Of a DNA stretch of 64,000 nucleotides, positions 9,093-18,412 are shown piece after piece. The translations under genes and the position numbers were made by a program. Location: assembly GCA_040289475.1 (NCBI GenBank), contig PSLF01000001.1, forward strand, positions 265,009 through 329,008. The letters are read 5' to 3'. Numbering within the stretch: position 1 is the first letter of the stretch; each line of letters opens with the position of its first letter. Under the pieces are notes generated by a model, which did no database searches, was not told the DNA's origin, and saw only the letters and a list, made by a program, of their open reading frames with translations. The stretch is from Acidimicrobiia bacterium. GTDB taxonomy: Bacteria; Actinomycetota; Acidimicrobiia; ATN3; PSLF01.

Positions 9093-11066
9093 TCACAGGG
9101 CCGGCGCATCGGGGGGCGAGCTATCGATGAACGCTCTGGCCCAGAGCTCAAGGACGAGAAGTTGCCAGAGCCTCGGACCCATGTCCAGACCGGCGAGGTT
9201 TTGAGCCAGCAGCTTCTCGGCATAGGATCTCCGAATCCATCCTCTTTCCGAGGTGCTCCGATCTAGAAGTACTTCGGCAGTAAGCACCCCGAGCGCCCCT
9301 CGCATCCACTCCGAGAGCGGTACTGCGAACCCTCGCTTTGGTGAAGCGGCGATGGAGGCGGGCAGCACGAGGCGGGCCGCGTCCCGCAGCAAAGGCTTAG
9401 TCTCGCCTTGACGGCGCCGGACAGTGTCGGGCAAAGAAAATGCCCATTCGATAATTGAGCGGTCCAGCAGCGGGGAGCGAATTTCAAGGGAGTTGGCCAT
9501 GGACATCCGGTCGATTTTGACGAGGATGTCTCCGGGCAGCCCTGTTAGAGCATCGACCAGACCCGCTCTCCACAAAATCCCTAGCCCAGCCGGAATTTGA
9601 GTTATTTCGGGAAGCAGCTCGGATATGGGCGCCCCGACAGCTTCGCTGCTCAAGCGAGACGGAAACGCGTCGCCGACCACGCTGGCTCTTTCGAACGACG
9701 GGATCGCTGCCAAAAAGTCCAAGTAAGCATCGACCTCTCGCATTCGATATAGATGAACCGCTCTGCGCAGGCGCTTGGTCGTGGTAGCGATCGGGTACGA
9801 ACGGGTGTCGGCTGACCTTTCAAGACGAGCCTCGGTCATGGCTAGCACCCGAAAGGAGCTAGCGGGCACTAGTGACGCGGCTAAACGGAGCCCCTGGGCT
9901 CGCCAAAATCTCGAGAAATGGTGGTGCTTCAGATATCCGCCAAATAGCTCGTCCCCGCCGTCCCCGGATATGACCACCTTTAGCTTTTCGGCGGCTGCCG
10001 TGGAGATAAGAAACTGGGGGATGGCCGAGGAGTCGGCGAGGGGCTCGTCGAGGTACCAGATCAAATTGGAGATGTCAGACGGAGTGGGGGGCCGACCCTC
10101 CATCTCTGTGTGGCGGGAGCCGATGTGGCGCGCCACAAGGCGAGCCGCAGGGGTCTCGTCAAACCGAAGGTCGGCAAAGCCGACCGAAAAAGTTTCGAAG
10201 CGGTGACCTGCCCTGTGGAGGGCGGCAGCGACGAGAGAAGAGTCTACTCCCCCCGAGAGGAAGGTGCCGATAGGAACATCGGATATAGTGCGCGCGGCTG
10301 CGGCGGCTCCGATTCTTTCGAGAGCCTCACCGGGTGTGGGCTGGGAAAGTGGATAATGTGCCCGAGCGGCTGCGACTTCTACGAGGTTCCAGTATCTCTG
10401 GGTCTTAAAGGTGCTGCCTTCGAACACGAGAAGCTCCCCTCCTCGCAGCTGCGAGACTCCCTGCAATGGGGTCAAGGGGGGCGGAATGTGCTGGAGAGTG
10501 AGGCAGACCAAAAGGCCGCAATAGTCCGCATCAACGGTCAGGAGCCCGTCGGAAAGTAGCGCCTTTAGTTCCGATGCGAATCGCAGACCGCCCGCCAAAG
10601 TCGTGTAGTAGAAGGGCTTCTTTCCCACTCTGTCACGTGCCGCGAGCAAGCGTTTGCGACGCTCGTCCCAGACAGCGAAGGCGAACATCCCCTCAAGGTG
10701 CTGGGGAAGGCCAAGCCCCCATTGTTCATATCCGTGGACCAAAACCTCGGTGTCGGTGCGCGTAGAGAAACGGTGGCCCGACGCTTCGAGCGCGCGACGC
10801 AGCTCTAAGAAGTTGTAAATCTCTCCATTCAAAACCGCAACAATAGACCCGTCTTCGTTGGTTACGGGCTGGTCTCCTGAGTGGAGGTCGATGATGGCGA
10901 GCCTACGTGCACCCAGGGCACCTCGCGATAAAAAGGCCGATCCGTCCGAGTCCGGGCCGCGGTGCGCCATAGCGTTAAGGCTCGAGCTCATGTAGGCCCC
11001 GAGCGCACGAGCACGAGACCTCGCCTCCCCGTCGCTTTCGAAAATCCATCCTGAGATTCCACACAT
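9093..11066 (-). CDS. asnB: Asparagine synthase (glutamine-hydrolysing)
   Basis: N-terminal MCGISGW (Ntn Cys2 nucleophile), LAIIDL...GDQP...NGEIYN, and the synthetase-domain SGGVDSS pyrophosphatase loop. Confidence 0.9.
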   Translation of the reverse strand: MCGISGWIFESDGEARSRARALGAYMSSSLNAMAHRGPDSDGSAFLSRGALGARRLAIIDLHSGDQPVTNEDGSIVAVLNGEIYNFLELRRALEASGHRFSTRTDTEVLVHGYEQWGLGLPQHLEGMFAFAVWDERRKRLLAARDRVGKKPFYYTTLAGGLRFASELKALLSDGLLTVDADYCGLLVCLTLQHIPPPLTPLQGVSQLRGGELLVFEGSTFKTQRYWNLVEVAAARAHYPLSQPTPGEALERIGAAAAARTISDVPIGTFLSGGVDSSLVAAALHRAGHRFETFSVGFADLRFDETPAARLVARHIGSRHTEMEGRPPTPSDISNLIWYLDEPLADSSAIPQFLISTAAAEKLKVVISGDGGDELFGGYLKHHHFSRFWRAQGLRLAASLVPASSFRVLAMTEARLERSADTRSYPIATTTKRLRRAVHLYRMREVDAYLDFLAAIPSFERASVVGDAFPSRLSSEAVGAPISELLPEITQIPAGLGILWRAGLVDALTGLPGDILVKIDRMSMANSLEIRSPLLDRSIIEWAFSLPDTVRRRQGETKPLLRDAARLVLPASIAASPKRGFAVPLSEWMRGALGVLTAEVLLDRSTSERGWIRRSYAEKLLAQNLAGLDMGPRLWQLLVLELWARAFIDSSPPDAPAL

Positions 11067-11329
11067 AGCAGGTCAGGGCAAGCTTAACGGGCAGTGATGT
11101 AAAGCCCGGATTTATGTTGTATCGAGTGCGCTGCGCTCGAGCACCTGGAGAAACCGCGAGATAAAGCGCTCACCTCACCCTACAGATTCTTGTGCCCGCC
11201 GAATCGCGGGTAGCTTGGTTTATTCATGCAAGACGGTGGTATCCAACAAACGCCAAGCGATGACCGAATCGGAGACAGGTACGGATTGAACTAGCCTTCG
11301 ACCGAGCGCGACCCTGTAGGATAAGAACT

Positions 11330-11343
11330 TGACCAATCGGTCA
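11330..11343. promoter_or_regulatory. Inverted repeat TGACC-AATC-GGTCA about 75 nt upstream of the thiolase start; candidate TetR/FadR-type operator in the asnB/thiolase divergent region
   Basis: Perfect 5-bp arms with a 4-nt spacer read directly in the sequence, located in the 350-nt divergent intergenic region. Confidence 0.3.
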
Positions 11344-11417
11344 GTTTTATCGGAACTTGCGAATAAGCGGTGCCAAAGAATCCTTTATTCTTTGTGGTAC
11401 CCGAAAGGAGTGGAGCA

Positions 11418-12590
11418 ATGCGCGAAGCGGTAATAGTAGAAGCTGTTCGTACGCCGATCGGACGACGGAACGGAAAGCTCAAGGATGTTCATCCCGTTGA
11501 CCTATTGGCTCTAACTCTCCAAAAGCTAGTCGAGAGGGCGGGAATCGATCCGGAGCTCGTCGAGGACGTCATAACCGGTTGCGTGAGCCAGGTCGGAGAG
11601 CAGGGATTGAACGTATCCCGCAATGCTGCGCTGGCCGCGGGTTTTCCCGAGTCGGTGCCAGCCACTACTGTAGACCGCCAGTGTGGATCGTCTCAGCAAG
11701 CCGCTCACTTCGCCGCCCAGGGGGTGATGGCGGGAGCCTACGATGTGGTGATCGCCGCTGGAGTAGAGTCGATGACTCGGGTTCCCATGGGGGTGACCGC
11801 GACCAACCCAAAACCGGATGGGAGTACGGGTATGGCGTTCGGTCCGAAGATGAGCAAGAGATATCCCGGTCTGGTTCCCCAGGGAATATCCGCTGAGATT
11901 ATCGCCGAGAAATGGGGCATCACAAGAGAAGAGCTCGATGAGTTTTCCCTCGGTTCCCATCAAAAAGCAGCCCGAGCAATCGGAGAAGGACGTTTCGAGC
12001 GCGAGATCATTCCGGTTCCCATACCCGGTGAGGACGGCGAGGAGCTGTTCACTAGGGACGAGGGGGTACGCTTTGACACGAGTCTGGAAAAGCTGGCTCA
12101 ACTAAAGCCAAGCTTCAAGGCAGACGGCGTGGTGACAGCGGGCAATTCCTCCCAGATATCTGACGGAGCCGCTGCACTCCTTATAGCTGACTCCAAGCGG
12201 GCCGAAGAGCTTGGCTTGAAGCCCCGAGCTCGATTTCACGCGTTTGCGCTCGCCGGAGTCGATCCTGTGATCATGTTGACAGGACCCATTCCTGCCACAG
12301 ACAAGGTGCTCAAGCGGGGAGGGCTCTGTCTCGAAGACATAGACCTAATTGAGATCAACGAGGCCTTCGCCAGCGTGGTCTTGGCCTGGGAGAGAGAGCT
12401 GCATCCGGATATGTCCAAGGTAAATGTGAACGGTGGGGCGATCGCTTTGGGCCACCCTCTTGGGTGCTCCGGCGCCAGGCTGATGACCACGCTCTTGCAT
12501 GAACTGGAGCGAACGGGCGGCAGGTGGGGTCTGCAGACCATGTGCGAAGGCGGCGGTCTAGCCAACGCAACGATCATAGAGCGGCTCTGA
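11418..12590 (+). CDS. Acetyl-CoA C-acetyltransferase (thiolase II)
   Basis: MREAVIVEAVRTPIGRRNGKL, active-site Cys region VDRQCGSSQQA, C-terminal NVNGGAIALGHPLGCSGARL and CEGGGLANA. A strong RBS AAAGGAG lies 8 nt upstream of the ATG at 11418; the longer ORF from 11370 is an extension. Confidence 0.9.
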   Translation: MREAVIVEAVRTPIGRRNGKLKDVHPVDLLALTLQKLVERAGIDPELVEDVITGCVSQVGEQGLNVSRNAALAAGFPESVPATTVDRQCGSSQQAAHFAAQGVMAGAYDVVIAAGVESMTRVPMGVTATNPKPDGSTGMAFGPKMSKRYPGLVPQGISAEIIAEKWGITREELDEFSLGSHQKAARAIGEGRFEREIIPVPIPGEDGEELFTRDEGVRFDTSLEKLAQLKPSFKADGVVTAGNSSQISDGAAALLIADSKRAEELGLKPRARFHAFALAGVDPVIMLTGPIPATDKVLKRGGLCLEDIDLIEINEAFASVVLAWERELHPDMSKVNVNGGAIALGHPLGCSGARLMTTLLHELERTGGRWGLQTMCEGGGLANATIIERL

Positions 12591-12614
12591 GCCAGTCATT
12601 GGGAGATGCCTTAG

Positions 12615-12632
12615 AGCCCGTATAACCGGGCT
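12615..12632 (+). terminator. Stem-loop AGCCCG-tataac-CGGGCT 25 nt after the thiolase stop
   Basis: Perfect 6-bp inverted repeat with a 6-nt loop; no U-tract. Confidence 0.25.
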
Positions 12633-12707
12633 GTGGGAGACTTCGGTGGATAAGCCGGGTGCCCGTGTGCCTTGGCGCTACCTGAGGCTAGGGCAGCGTT
12701 GTGGTAA

Positions 12708-12977
12708 TTGCAGATTCGGGAAGGCGCGGTGAGGTTTGTTATTGCTTTTGTGGCAGCCAGTCTGATCTTGCTGGGAGCCGTGGTCATGCTGCGGGTGTTA
12801 GCGAACCCGCCACCTTCCGACAGGAATCGGTATCTTGAAGACGTCTCCAGCGCTGAGTTGACATACGCCTGCTCCGTCTGTGGGATGGAGGTGAAGGTGG
12901 TGAGGAAGCCCCACGGGGAAGTCAAACCGCCCAGGCATTGTGGCGAGGCTATGGAGCTGTCCTCTGCAGGATTGTAG
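12708..12977 (+). CDS. Small membrane-anchored protein with a C-terminal CxxC...HC zinc-ribbon-like motif (hypothetical)
   Basis: N-terminal TM FVIAFVAASLILLGAVVML, then YACSVCGMEVKVV...PPRHCGEAM. Call rests on codon usage and an intact ORF only. Confidence 0.35.
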   Translation: MQIREGAVRFVIAFVAASLILLGAVVMLRVLANPPPSDRNRYLEDVSSAELTYACSVCGMEVKVVRKPHGEVKPPRHCGEAMELSSAGL

Positions 12978-13072
12978 GTATCGGCGCGGGGGCTATTTCA
13001 AGAAGACAATATGTATCCTAGTTCTACCCCAGTCTCGCTCGAGCGCCCGAAGTATGCCTGAGACCCGCGTTA

Positions 13073-13411
13073 TCAGCGCCAGCGGGTCGCCAGGACAAAT
13101 CCTACCAACATCAGGCCGATCCCCAACCACAACACCGAGTTCGAAGTCTCCCATGCGACCCCGATGTAGTTGAGTACGATAATCACGAACCCTGCGGCTA
13201 TAGGGGTTAGGACAACATAGCCGTACCATGGCGGGCTAGGTTTGGGCTTGGGTCTCGGGGGCGGCTGATACCGCCGCCTTTTTGATCTGGGTTTAGGCAA
13301 GGCACCCCCTAAAGAGTAAGCCGTTGGAAACAGTCCATGTCCGTATCCGGCGCGCCCCGGTGTAGAAGGGCAGGTTGCAACTTTGGCACGCGGACTCGAA
13401 TACGTAGACAT
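13073..13411 (-). CDS. crgA: Cell division protein CrgA (septation inhibitor family)
   Basis: Small protein with a Pro/Lys-rich N-terminus and two TM helices. The C-terminal ...IGLMLVGFVLATRWR closely resembles the mycobacterial CrgA tail, and the gene sits beside the sortase/trpG/pknB cluster as in Mycobacterium and Streptomyces. Confidence 0.75.
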   Translation of the reverse strand: MSTYSSPRAKVATCPSTPGRAGYGHGLFPTAYSLGGALPKPRSKRRRYQPPPRPKPKPSPPWYGYVVLTPIAAGFVIIVLNYIGVAWETSNSVLWLGIGLMLVGFVLATRWR

Positions 13412-13472
13412 CGGTCCTTCCAGCGATCCTAATCGCGAGGAAGGCGAGAGACATTATGCCACTACTTCTCGT

Positions 13473-14120
13473 GTGGCTCGGCCACCGAGCTTAGTCCGAA
13501 GGGCCGCTTATTTCGCCGGATGGATTCTGGTCATAGCAGGTGCGGTTACCCTGGAGTTCGCGGCTTATATGGTGTGGGGAACCGGCGCCCAGGCCGCCCG
13601 TGAGCAGCAGCGCCTTCGAAGCGCGTTTGAGTCCTCTTTGGAGGAGAAAAGCCCCGGACGGGCTGATATCAGCTCCGTCGCCTCGAGGGTTGTCATACGC
13701 CCCGAAGAGGGCAAGCCATTGGCAATACTTGAGATACCAGCTATAGGGCTCAATGTAGTGGTCATCGAAGGAGTAGGGCACGAAGATTTACAGCTGGGAC
13801 CTGGACACATTCCCGAGACGGCGCTGCCGGGTAGAGCAGGATCGAGCGTGATATCTGGTCACAGGACGACATACGGCGCGCCCTTCGGGAATCTGGATCG
13901 CTTGGTAGCAGGAGACGAGATACGAGTTACTACACCGGAGGGCTCTACCCGCTACGTCGTTACCAGATCTTATGTAGTACTACCGGACGATACCTCGGTG
14001 ACCGCACCCCTAAAGCCAGGGGAACGGCCACGCCTTCGACTGACAACGTGCCATCCCAAATTTTCGGCAGCAAAACGACTCATCGTCGAGGCAGATCTAG
14101 TGTCTGCTCCTACAGGATGA
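13473..14120 (+). CDS. Class E sortase (transpeptidase). GTG start at 13473 is preferred; the longer ORF from 13383 would overlap crgA.
   Basis: N-terminal TM anchor AAYFAGWILVIAGAVTLEF, catalytic His region SSVISGHRTTY, and the sortase signature LRLTTCHP (TLXTC). Sortase next to crgA is the Streptomyces arrangement. Confidence 0.8.
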   Translation: MARPPSLVRRAAYFAGWILVIAGAVTLEFAAYMVWGTGAQAAREQQRLRSAFESSLEEKSPGRADISSVASRVVIRPEEGKPLAILEIPAIGLNVVVIEGVGHEDLQLGPGHIPETALPGRAGSSVISGHRTTYGAPFGNLDRLVAGDEIRVTTPEGSTRYVVTRSYVVLPDDTSVTAPLKPGERPRLRLTTCHPKFSAAKRLIVEADLVSAPTG

Positions 14121-14152
14121 GCAAGACAACGGGGAAGAGAGAGGGGAGAAGA

Positions 14153-14326
14153 ATGACCGACGAGGGTGCGGAGAAGCTTTTCAAATCTGGGCACCCCCCT
14201 GCTGTGGGTGGAAAACGGATGCTAGGACGGTATGGCATTGCTTTGGCGGTAGCTGTCGGGGTTGCAGCCATTCTGTGGCTCTTCGTTTTTCCATGGGTTA
14301 TGAGGCTACTTCCCGAAAACTTCTAG
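14153..14326 (+). CDS. Small single-pass membrane protein (hypothetical)
   Basis: MTDEGAEKLFKSGHPP...GIALAVAVGVAAILWLFVFPWVM has a C-terminal TM helix. The longer ORF from 14048 overlaps the sortase stop region. The gene lies between the sortase and trpG. Confidence 0.35.
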   Translation: MTDEGAEKLFKSGHPPAVGGKRMLGRYGIALAVAVGVAAILWLFVFPWVMRLLPENF

Positions 14327-14386
14327 TTATCTAGCGACTCAACTTCTGCAAGTGTGTTATGGAATCTTCTCTAAAAGGAGGCAGGA

Positions 14387-14995
14387 ATGGCCAATCTAAG
14401 GGTTCTCGTAATTGACAACTATGACAGCTTCGTCTACAACCTCGTCCAATACCTAGGTGAGGCGGGTGCCGAACCCCTAGTCTTCCGCAACGACGACATT
14501 TCCCCCGGCGACGTCCGCGCACTGCGACCGGCTGGAATTCTCATTTCGCCGGGGCCGGGGAGGCCCTCCGATGCTGGAGTTTCTAACGCAATTATCGAGA
14601 AATACGCAGCCGAGATTCCGATTTTGGGGGTTTGTCTAGGGCATCAATGCATAGGTGAGGTGTTTGGAGGCAGGGTCGTTCGCGCCCCGGAGGTGTTGCA
14701 CGGCAAAACGAGCAAAATATACCACCGAAACGAAGGAATTTTTGCCGGCTTGGACATCCCCTTCGAGGCGACCCGGTATCACTCTCTTGTCGTGGAAAGG
14801 GCTTCTCTTCCCCCTACCCTGAAAGTAATCGCCGAAACGGACGACGAACTGATTATGGGCTTGAGGCACCGCGAGTTAGAGGTGTGGGGCGTACAGTTTC
14901 ATCCCGAGTCGATTCTGACGGGTGGAGGAAAAAAGATTATCGAGAACTTTCTTTCTAGGCTAGAGGGCGTCCCGACCAAACTCGCTCTTGTTTAA
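14387..14995 (+). CDS. trpG: Anthranilate / aminodeoxychorismate synthase component II (class I glutamine amidotransferase)
   Basis: [18 protein letters not shown], the catalytic triad context GVCLGHQ, and HPES; RBS AAGGAGG upstream. trpG/pabA sits next to pknB in actinobacteria. Confidence 0.9.
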   Translation: MANLRVLVIDNYDSFVYNLVQYLGEAGAEPLVFRNDDISPGDVRALRPAGILISPGPGRPSDAGVSNAIIEKYAAEIPILGVCLGHQCIGEVFGGRVVRAPEVLHGKTSKIYHRNEGIFAGLDIPFEATRYHSLVVERASLPPTLKVIAETDDELIMGLRHRELEVWGVQFHPESILTGGGKKIIENFLSRLEGVPTKLALV

Positions 14996-15039
14996 GGGTC
15001 GACGGTATAGGTGCCTAGCCTCGGCTATCAGTTTGCTAT

Positions 15040-16890
15040 TCAACAGGTAGGCACCGAGGGATCGGAGTTCTGGGCGACCGATATTATGACAGAGGTTCCC
15101 TCGGGGGCTTCGGCACCCGGAGCCGGGGACTGAGATGTTACCTTTCCAGATCGTTCGGCATCTGTGCTGTAGCAAGATCGAGTCACGACCACAAATCCCT
15201 GCGAAGACAATTTGTCAGCGGCAGTCGCCGCTGTCTCGCCAATCACCGAGGGGATTTTCTTGGGCGATGGGCCTGAGGAGAGAACAAGGTCTACCGCCGT
15301 GCCTTTGGTAACCGAAGATCCAGCGGATGGGTTTTGGCGAATTACCACCCCTGGTGATTCTTCGGACCGCTCTTCGGAGACGCGCCCGACTTGTAGGCCT
15401 GCCGCTTGGAGCAGTTTTCCGGCCTGAGATTTCGAAGTACCTACCACGTCCGGAACGACGACTTTTTCGGGTCCAGCAGACACCACGAGATTGACTGGGG
15501 TGCCGCGGGTGACCGGAGACCCCGCTTTGGGATCCTGGGATAAAACGATTCCGACTGAGGCATTGGGGTCGGTGCGCTCCTCTACCGAACCCAGCTTAAA
15601 TCCGGCAGCCTCCAACGCCTGGAGGGCCTCTTCTCTTGACTTTCCAACCACGTCGGGGACTGCAGCGACTCCCGGCCCTTGGCCTACGACAAGGCGGACC
15701 TCCGATCTCGGGGCGACCAGGCTGCCTCCGAGGGGGTCTTGAGCCAAGACCTTCCCGGTCTCTTCCAGGCTGGAGGGGCGGTAGCTGGCTACTACGGTGA
15801 AGCCCATTCCCTCTAGCTGCTGTTTGGCACCCGGATCGAAGTTTTTTCCTACCACATTTGGAACGGCAAGCTTCGATGGTGCTCCAAAAACACCGAGGGT
15901 CGTTCCCAAGAGATAAAGCCCATAGACGAGAAGGACGACAAGGGCGCCAACCACGATAACGAAGGGCCACACCCTTCTATTGGAGGCGGACACGAGCGGA
16001 TCGCTATCGACAGTCCCCTCCCCTGTGTGCACATCCCCGAGCGGCTGTAAGGGTGCACGCACTCGCCGCCCGCTTAGTGCGCGGGCGAGATCCTCGTACA
16101 TTTCGCGAGCCGATTGGTATCGGTTTTCGGGGCGCTTGGATAGTGCCTTTAACGTAATCGCTTCTAATGATGGGGGAATATCCTCGCACACCTCCGAAGG
16201 AGGTTTTGGAGTCTCAGTAATGTGCTTTAGAGCGAGTACCAGCGGAGAGTCTGCTTTGAAGGGCGGAGACCCAGTCAACATCTCGTACAGAACAACGCCG
16301 AGAGAGTAAAGGTCCGAGCGAGCGTCAACCGCACGGCCATCGGCCTGTTCGGGAGAAAGGTACGATGCAGTCCCGAGAATCGACCCTGCTTGAGTAAGAG
16401 CCTCCGAAGTACCAGCGGCACGGGCGATACCAAAGTCTGCAACTTTTACCTCGCCGCTTCGGGTGATCATGATGTTGCCAGGTTTGATGTCTCGGTGGAC
16501 GACGCCTTTGCTGTGAGCGGCCTCGAGAGCCAGGGCGATCTCCGAGGCAACCTCGGCTGCCCGCCTATAGTGAAGTCGGCCATCAGCTCTGAGGATCTCC
16601 CTCAAGCTCTTTCCGTCGACGAACTCCATGACCAAAAAGTAAGTGTCGCCGTCTCGGTCGGAGTCGTACACCGCGACGATATTCGGGTGCGTGAGGGAAG
16701 CAGCCGCCCGAGCCTCTCTCCGAAACCGCTCAACGAAGCCGGGATCGGAGGCGAACTCCGGGTTCAATATTTTGAGCGCGACGGTGCGCCCTAAAAGGAG
16801 GTCTTTGGCCCTGTACACTCGGGCCATGCCTCCTCTAGCTATGAGGTTTTCGATCTCGTAGCGGTTCGATATGACTTTCTGATCGAGCAT
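15040..16890 (-). CDS. pknB: Ser/Thr protein kinase PknB with four extracellular PASTA domains
   Basis: Kinase subdomains (GGMARVYRAKD, VALK, HRDIKPGN, DFGIA, SPEQ), a TM segment, and four PASTA repeats (VPNVVGK..., VPDVVGKSREEA..., VPDVVGTSKSQA..., IPSVIGETAATA...). Confidence 0.95.
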   Translation of the reverse strand: MLDQKVISNRYEIENLIARGGMARVYRAKDLLLGRTVALKILNPEFASDPGFVERFRREARAAASLTHPNIVAVYDSDRDGDTYFLVMEFVDGKSLREILRADGRLHYRRAAEVASEIALALEAAHSKGVVHRDIKPGNIMITRSGEVKVADFGIARAAGTSEALTQAGSILGTASYLSPEQADGRAVDARSDLYSLGVVLYEMLTGSPPFKADSPLVLALKHITETPKPPSEVCEDIPPSLEAITLKALSKRPENRYQSAREMYEDLARALSGRRVRAPLQPLGDVHTGEGTVDSDPLVSASNRRVWPFVIVVGALVVLLVYGLYLLGTTLGVFGAPSKLAVPNVVGKNFDPGAKQQLEGMGFTVVASYRPSSLEETGKVLAQDPLGGSLVAPRSEVRLVVGQGPGVAAVPDVVGKSREEALQALEAAGFKLGSVEERTDPNASVGIVLSQDPKAGSPVTRGTPVNLVVSAGPEKVVVPDVVGTSKSQAGKLLQAAGLQVGRVSEERSEESPGVVIRQNPSAGSSVTKGTAVDLVLSSGPSPKKIPSVIGETAATAADKLSSQGFVVVTRSCYSTDAERSGKVTSQSPAPGAEAPEGTSVIISVAQNSDPSVPTC

Positions 16891-16936
16891 GCGACCGCTG
16901 TCTTTCAGGTGCGTGAGTCTTGTGTCATTGCTACTT

Positions 16937-18412
16937 TTACAGCACTCCTTGTAGACGGAGGGCTTCCTGCATAACCTGACGGGCTATGGGCGCCGCTACC
17001 TGTCCCCCGGTTGCCTCCCGGCCCTCGTTTTCGACGAGAACGGCCACTGCCACCCGAGGGTCCTGAGCCGGAGCGAATCCGATAAACCATGCCTGGTCGA
17101 AGTCAGTGGTTGTCCCCGTCTTTCCAGCTACCACGACCTTGGGGATCCGAGCAGCACGTCCTGTACCCCGCTCGACGACCCCGACCATCATCTCTCTCAA
17201 AACGGTGGCATTGGCGGCACTCATGGCTTGGCCGAGGGTCTTACCGTCCCCAGATCCGAAGTCTCTGAGTACTTGGCCACCCTGTGACTCGAGGGCGCGT
17301 ACTACGAAAGGAGACTTGACAACGCCTGCGTTGGCGACAGCAGAAGCCACCACCGCCATCTGCAATGGGGTAGCTCTCACGTCAAACTGACCGATAGCTG
17401 CGTAGGCCTGAACGGGTTTATTGCTGGCGAAAGAAACGTCCGGCGGAAACTTGCTCACCGCTGCGTCGAGCGCGAGCTCGTCAAAGCGCTGGTCGAATCC
17501 GAACCGCTCCGCTTGCCTCCGCATGGCGTCATGACCCAGGGCCAAACCAAGTTGAGCAAAGGTAGTGTTGCACGAGACTACCAAAGCCTCTGAAAGAGTA
17601 ATAGTGCGCCCCGACGAACATGGGCTCCCGCGCCTGAAGTTGTACAGCTTTTGGTCGGTGTCAGGAAGGTCGAGCGACGGGGGGTCGGGAAATTCAGAGC
17701 CAGGCGTGTAACCGCCTTCGAGGGCTGCAGCCGCTACTACAACCTTGAACGTCGAGCCCGGGGCTCTCAGTTCACCGAAGGCGCGCGAGAGCATCGGCTT
17801 GCCCGCTGCAGGATCAGTCGCCGCCGCATAAGCTCGGTCGGCTGCATTCTGATCGAGAGAGGCAATGGGATTTGGATCGAAAGATGGGTTCGAGTACATA
17901 GCGAGCACCGCCCCGGTTTTGGGATCCATCGCAACTACCGCGCCGGTGCGCCCTCCAAGAGCCTCGGCAGCGACTCTTTGGAGTACGGAAGAGATCGTCA
18001 AGACCACGGTGGCATTGGACTTCCCGCCTTTTATCCGATCCAGTATCGACCGAGGGTTAGTAGAAAGCGAAAGATCCTCACCGAGCAATGCCTTGGCAAA
18101 GGACCGCTCGAGCCCCGAGTCTCCCCGAGTCAGGGATGTAAAGCCCGTTATATGTGCGAATAGGGGGCCTTCGGGGTAGTGACGAGTGTAGCGAAGCTCG
18201 CCACCGACCTCTCGGGACTCGGCAACGACAACCCCGTCGGCAGTTACTATGGGCCCCCTCCACCGTCCGAAACTCGCGTAAATAGCCCGGGCATTCCTCG
18301 GATCCGAGGCGAGGTCTGGCCCTCGCACTACCTGGACGAAGGCGAGATTGACAGCAATGGCCCCAAGGGATACGAGAAGGACTATCAAGATACGGTAGGT
18401 TCGGGCGCTCAC
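16937..18412 (-). CDS. pbpA: Penicillin-binding protein A (class B transpeptidase)
   Basis: N-terminal TM, the SxxK active site (GSTFK), the SCN motif (VSCNT), KTGT, and position between pknB and rodA. Confidence 0.9.
   Translation of the reverse strand: MSARTYRILIVLLVSLGAIAVNLAFVQVVRGPDLASDPRNARAIYASFGRWRGPIVTADGVVVAESREVGGELRYTRHYPEGPLFAHITGFTSLTRGDSGLERSFAKALLGEDLSLSTNPRSILDRIKGGKSNATVVLTISSVLQRVAAEALGGRTGAVVAMDPKTGAVLAMYSNPSFDPNPIASLDQNAADRAYAAATDPAAGKPMLSRAFGELRAPGSTFKVVVAAAALEGGYTPGSEFPDPPSLDLPDTDQKLYNFRRGSPCSSGRTITLSEALVVSCNTTFAQLGLALGHDAMRRQAERFGFDQRFDELALDAAVSKFPPDVSFASNKPVQAYAAIGQFDVRATPLQMAVVASAVANAGVVKSPFVVRALESQGGQVLRDFGSGDGKTLGQAMSAANATVLREMMVGVVERGTGRAARIPKVVVAGKTGTTTDFDQAWFIGFAPAQDPRVAVAVLVENEGREATGGQVAAPIARQVMQEALRLQGVL

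Noticed and set aside
6160-12600. Possible tRNA-targeted integrated element after tRNA-Ala
   Set aside because: No integrase, recombinase, excisionase or phage gene is present, and I could not find a direct repeat of the tRNA-Ala 3' end. It is described only as a lineage-specific insert.
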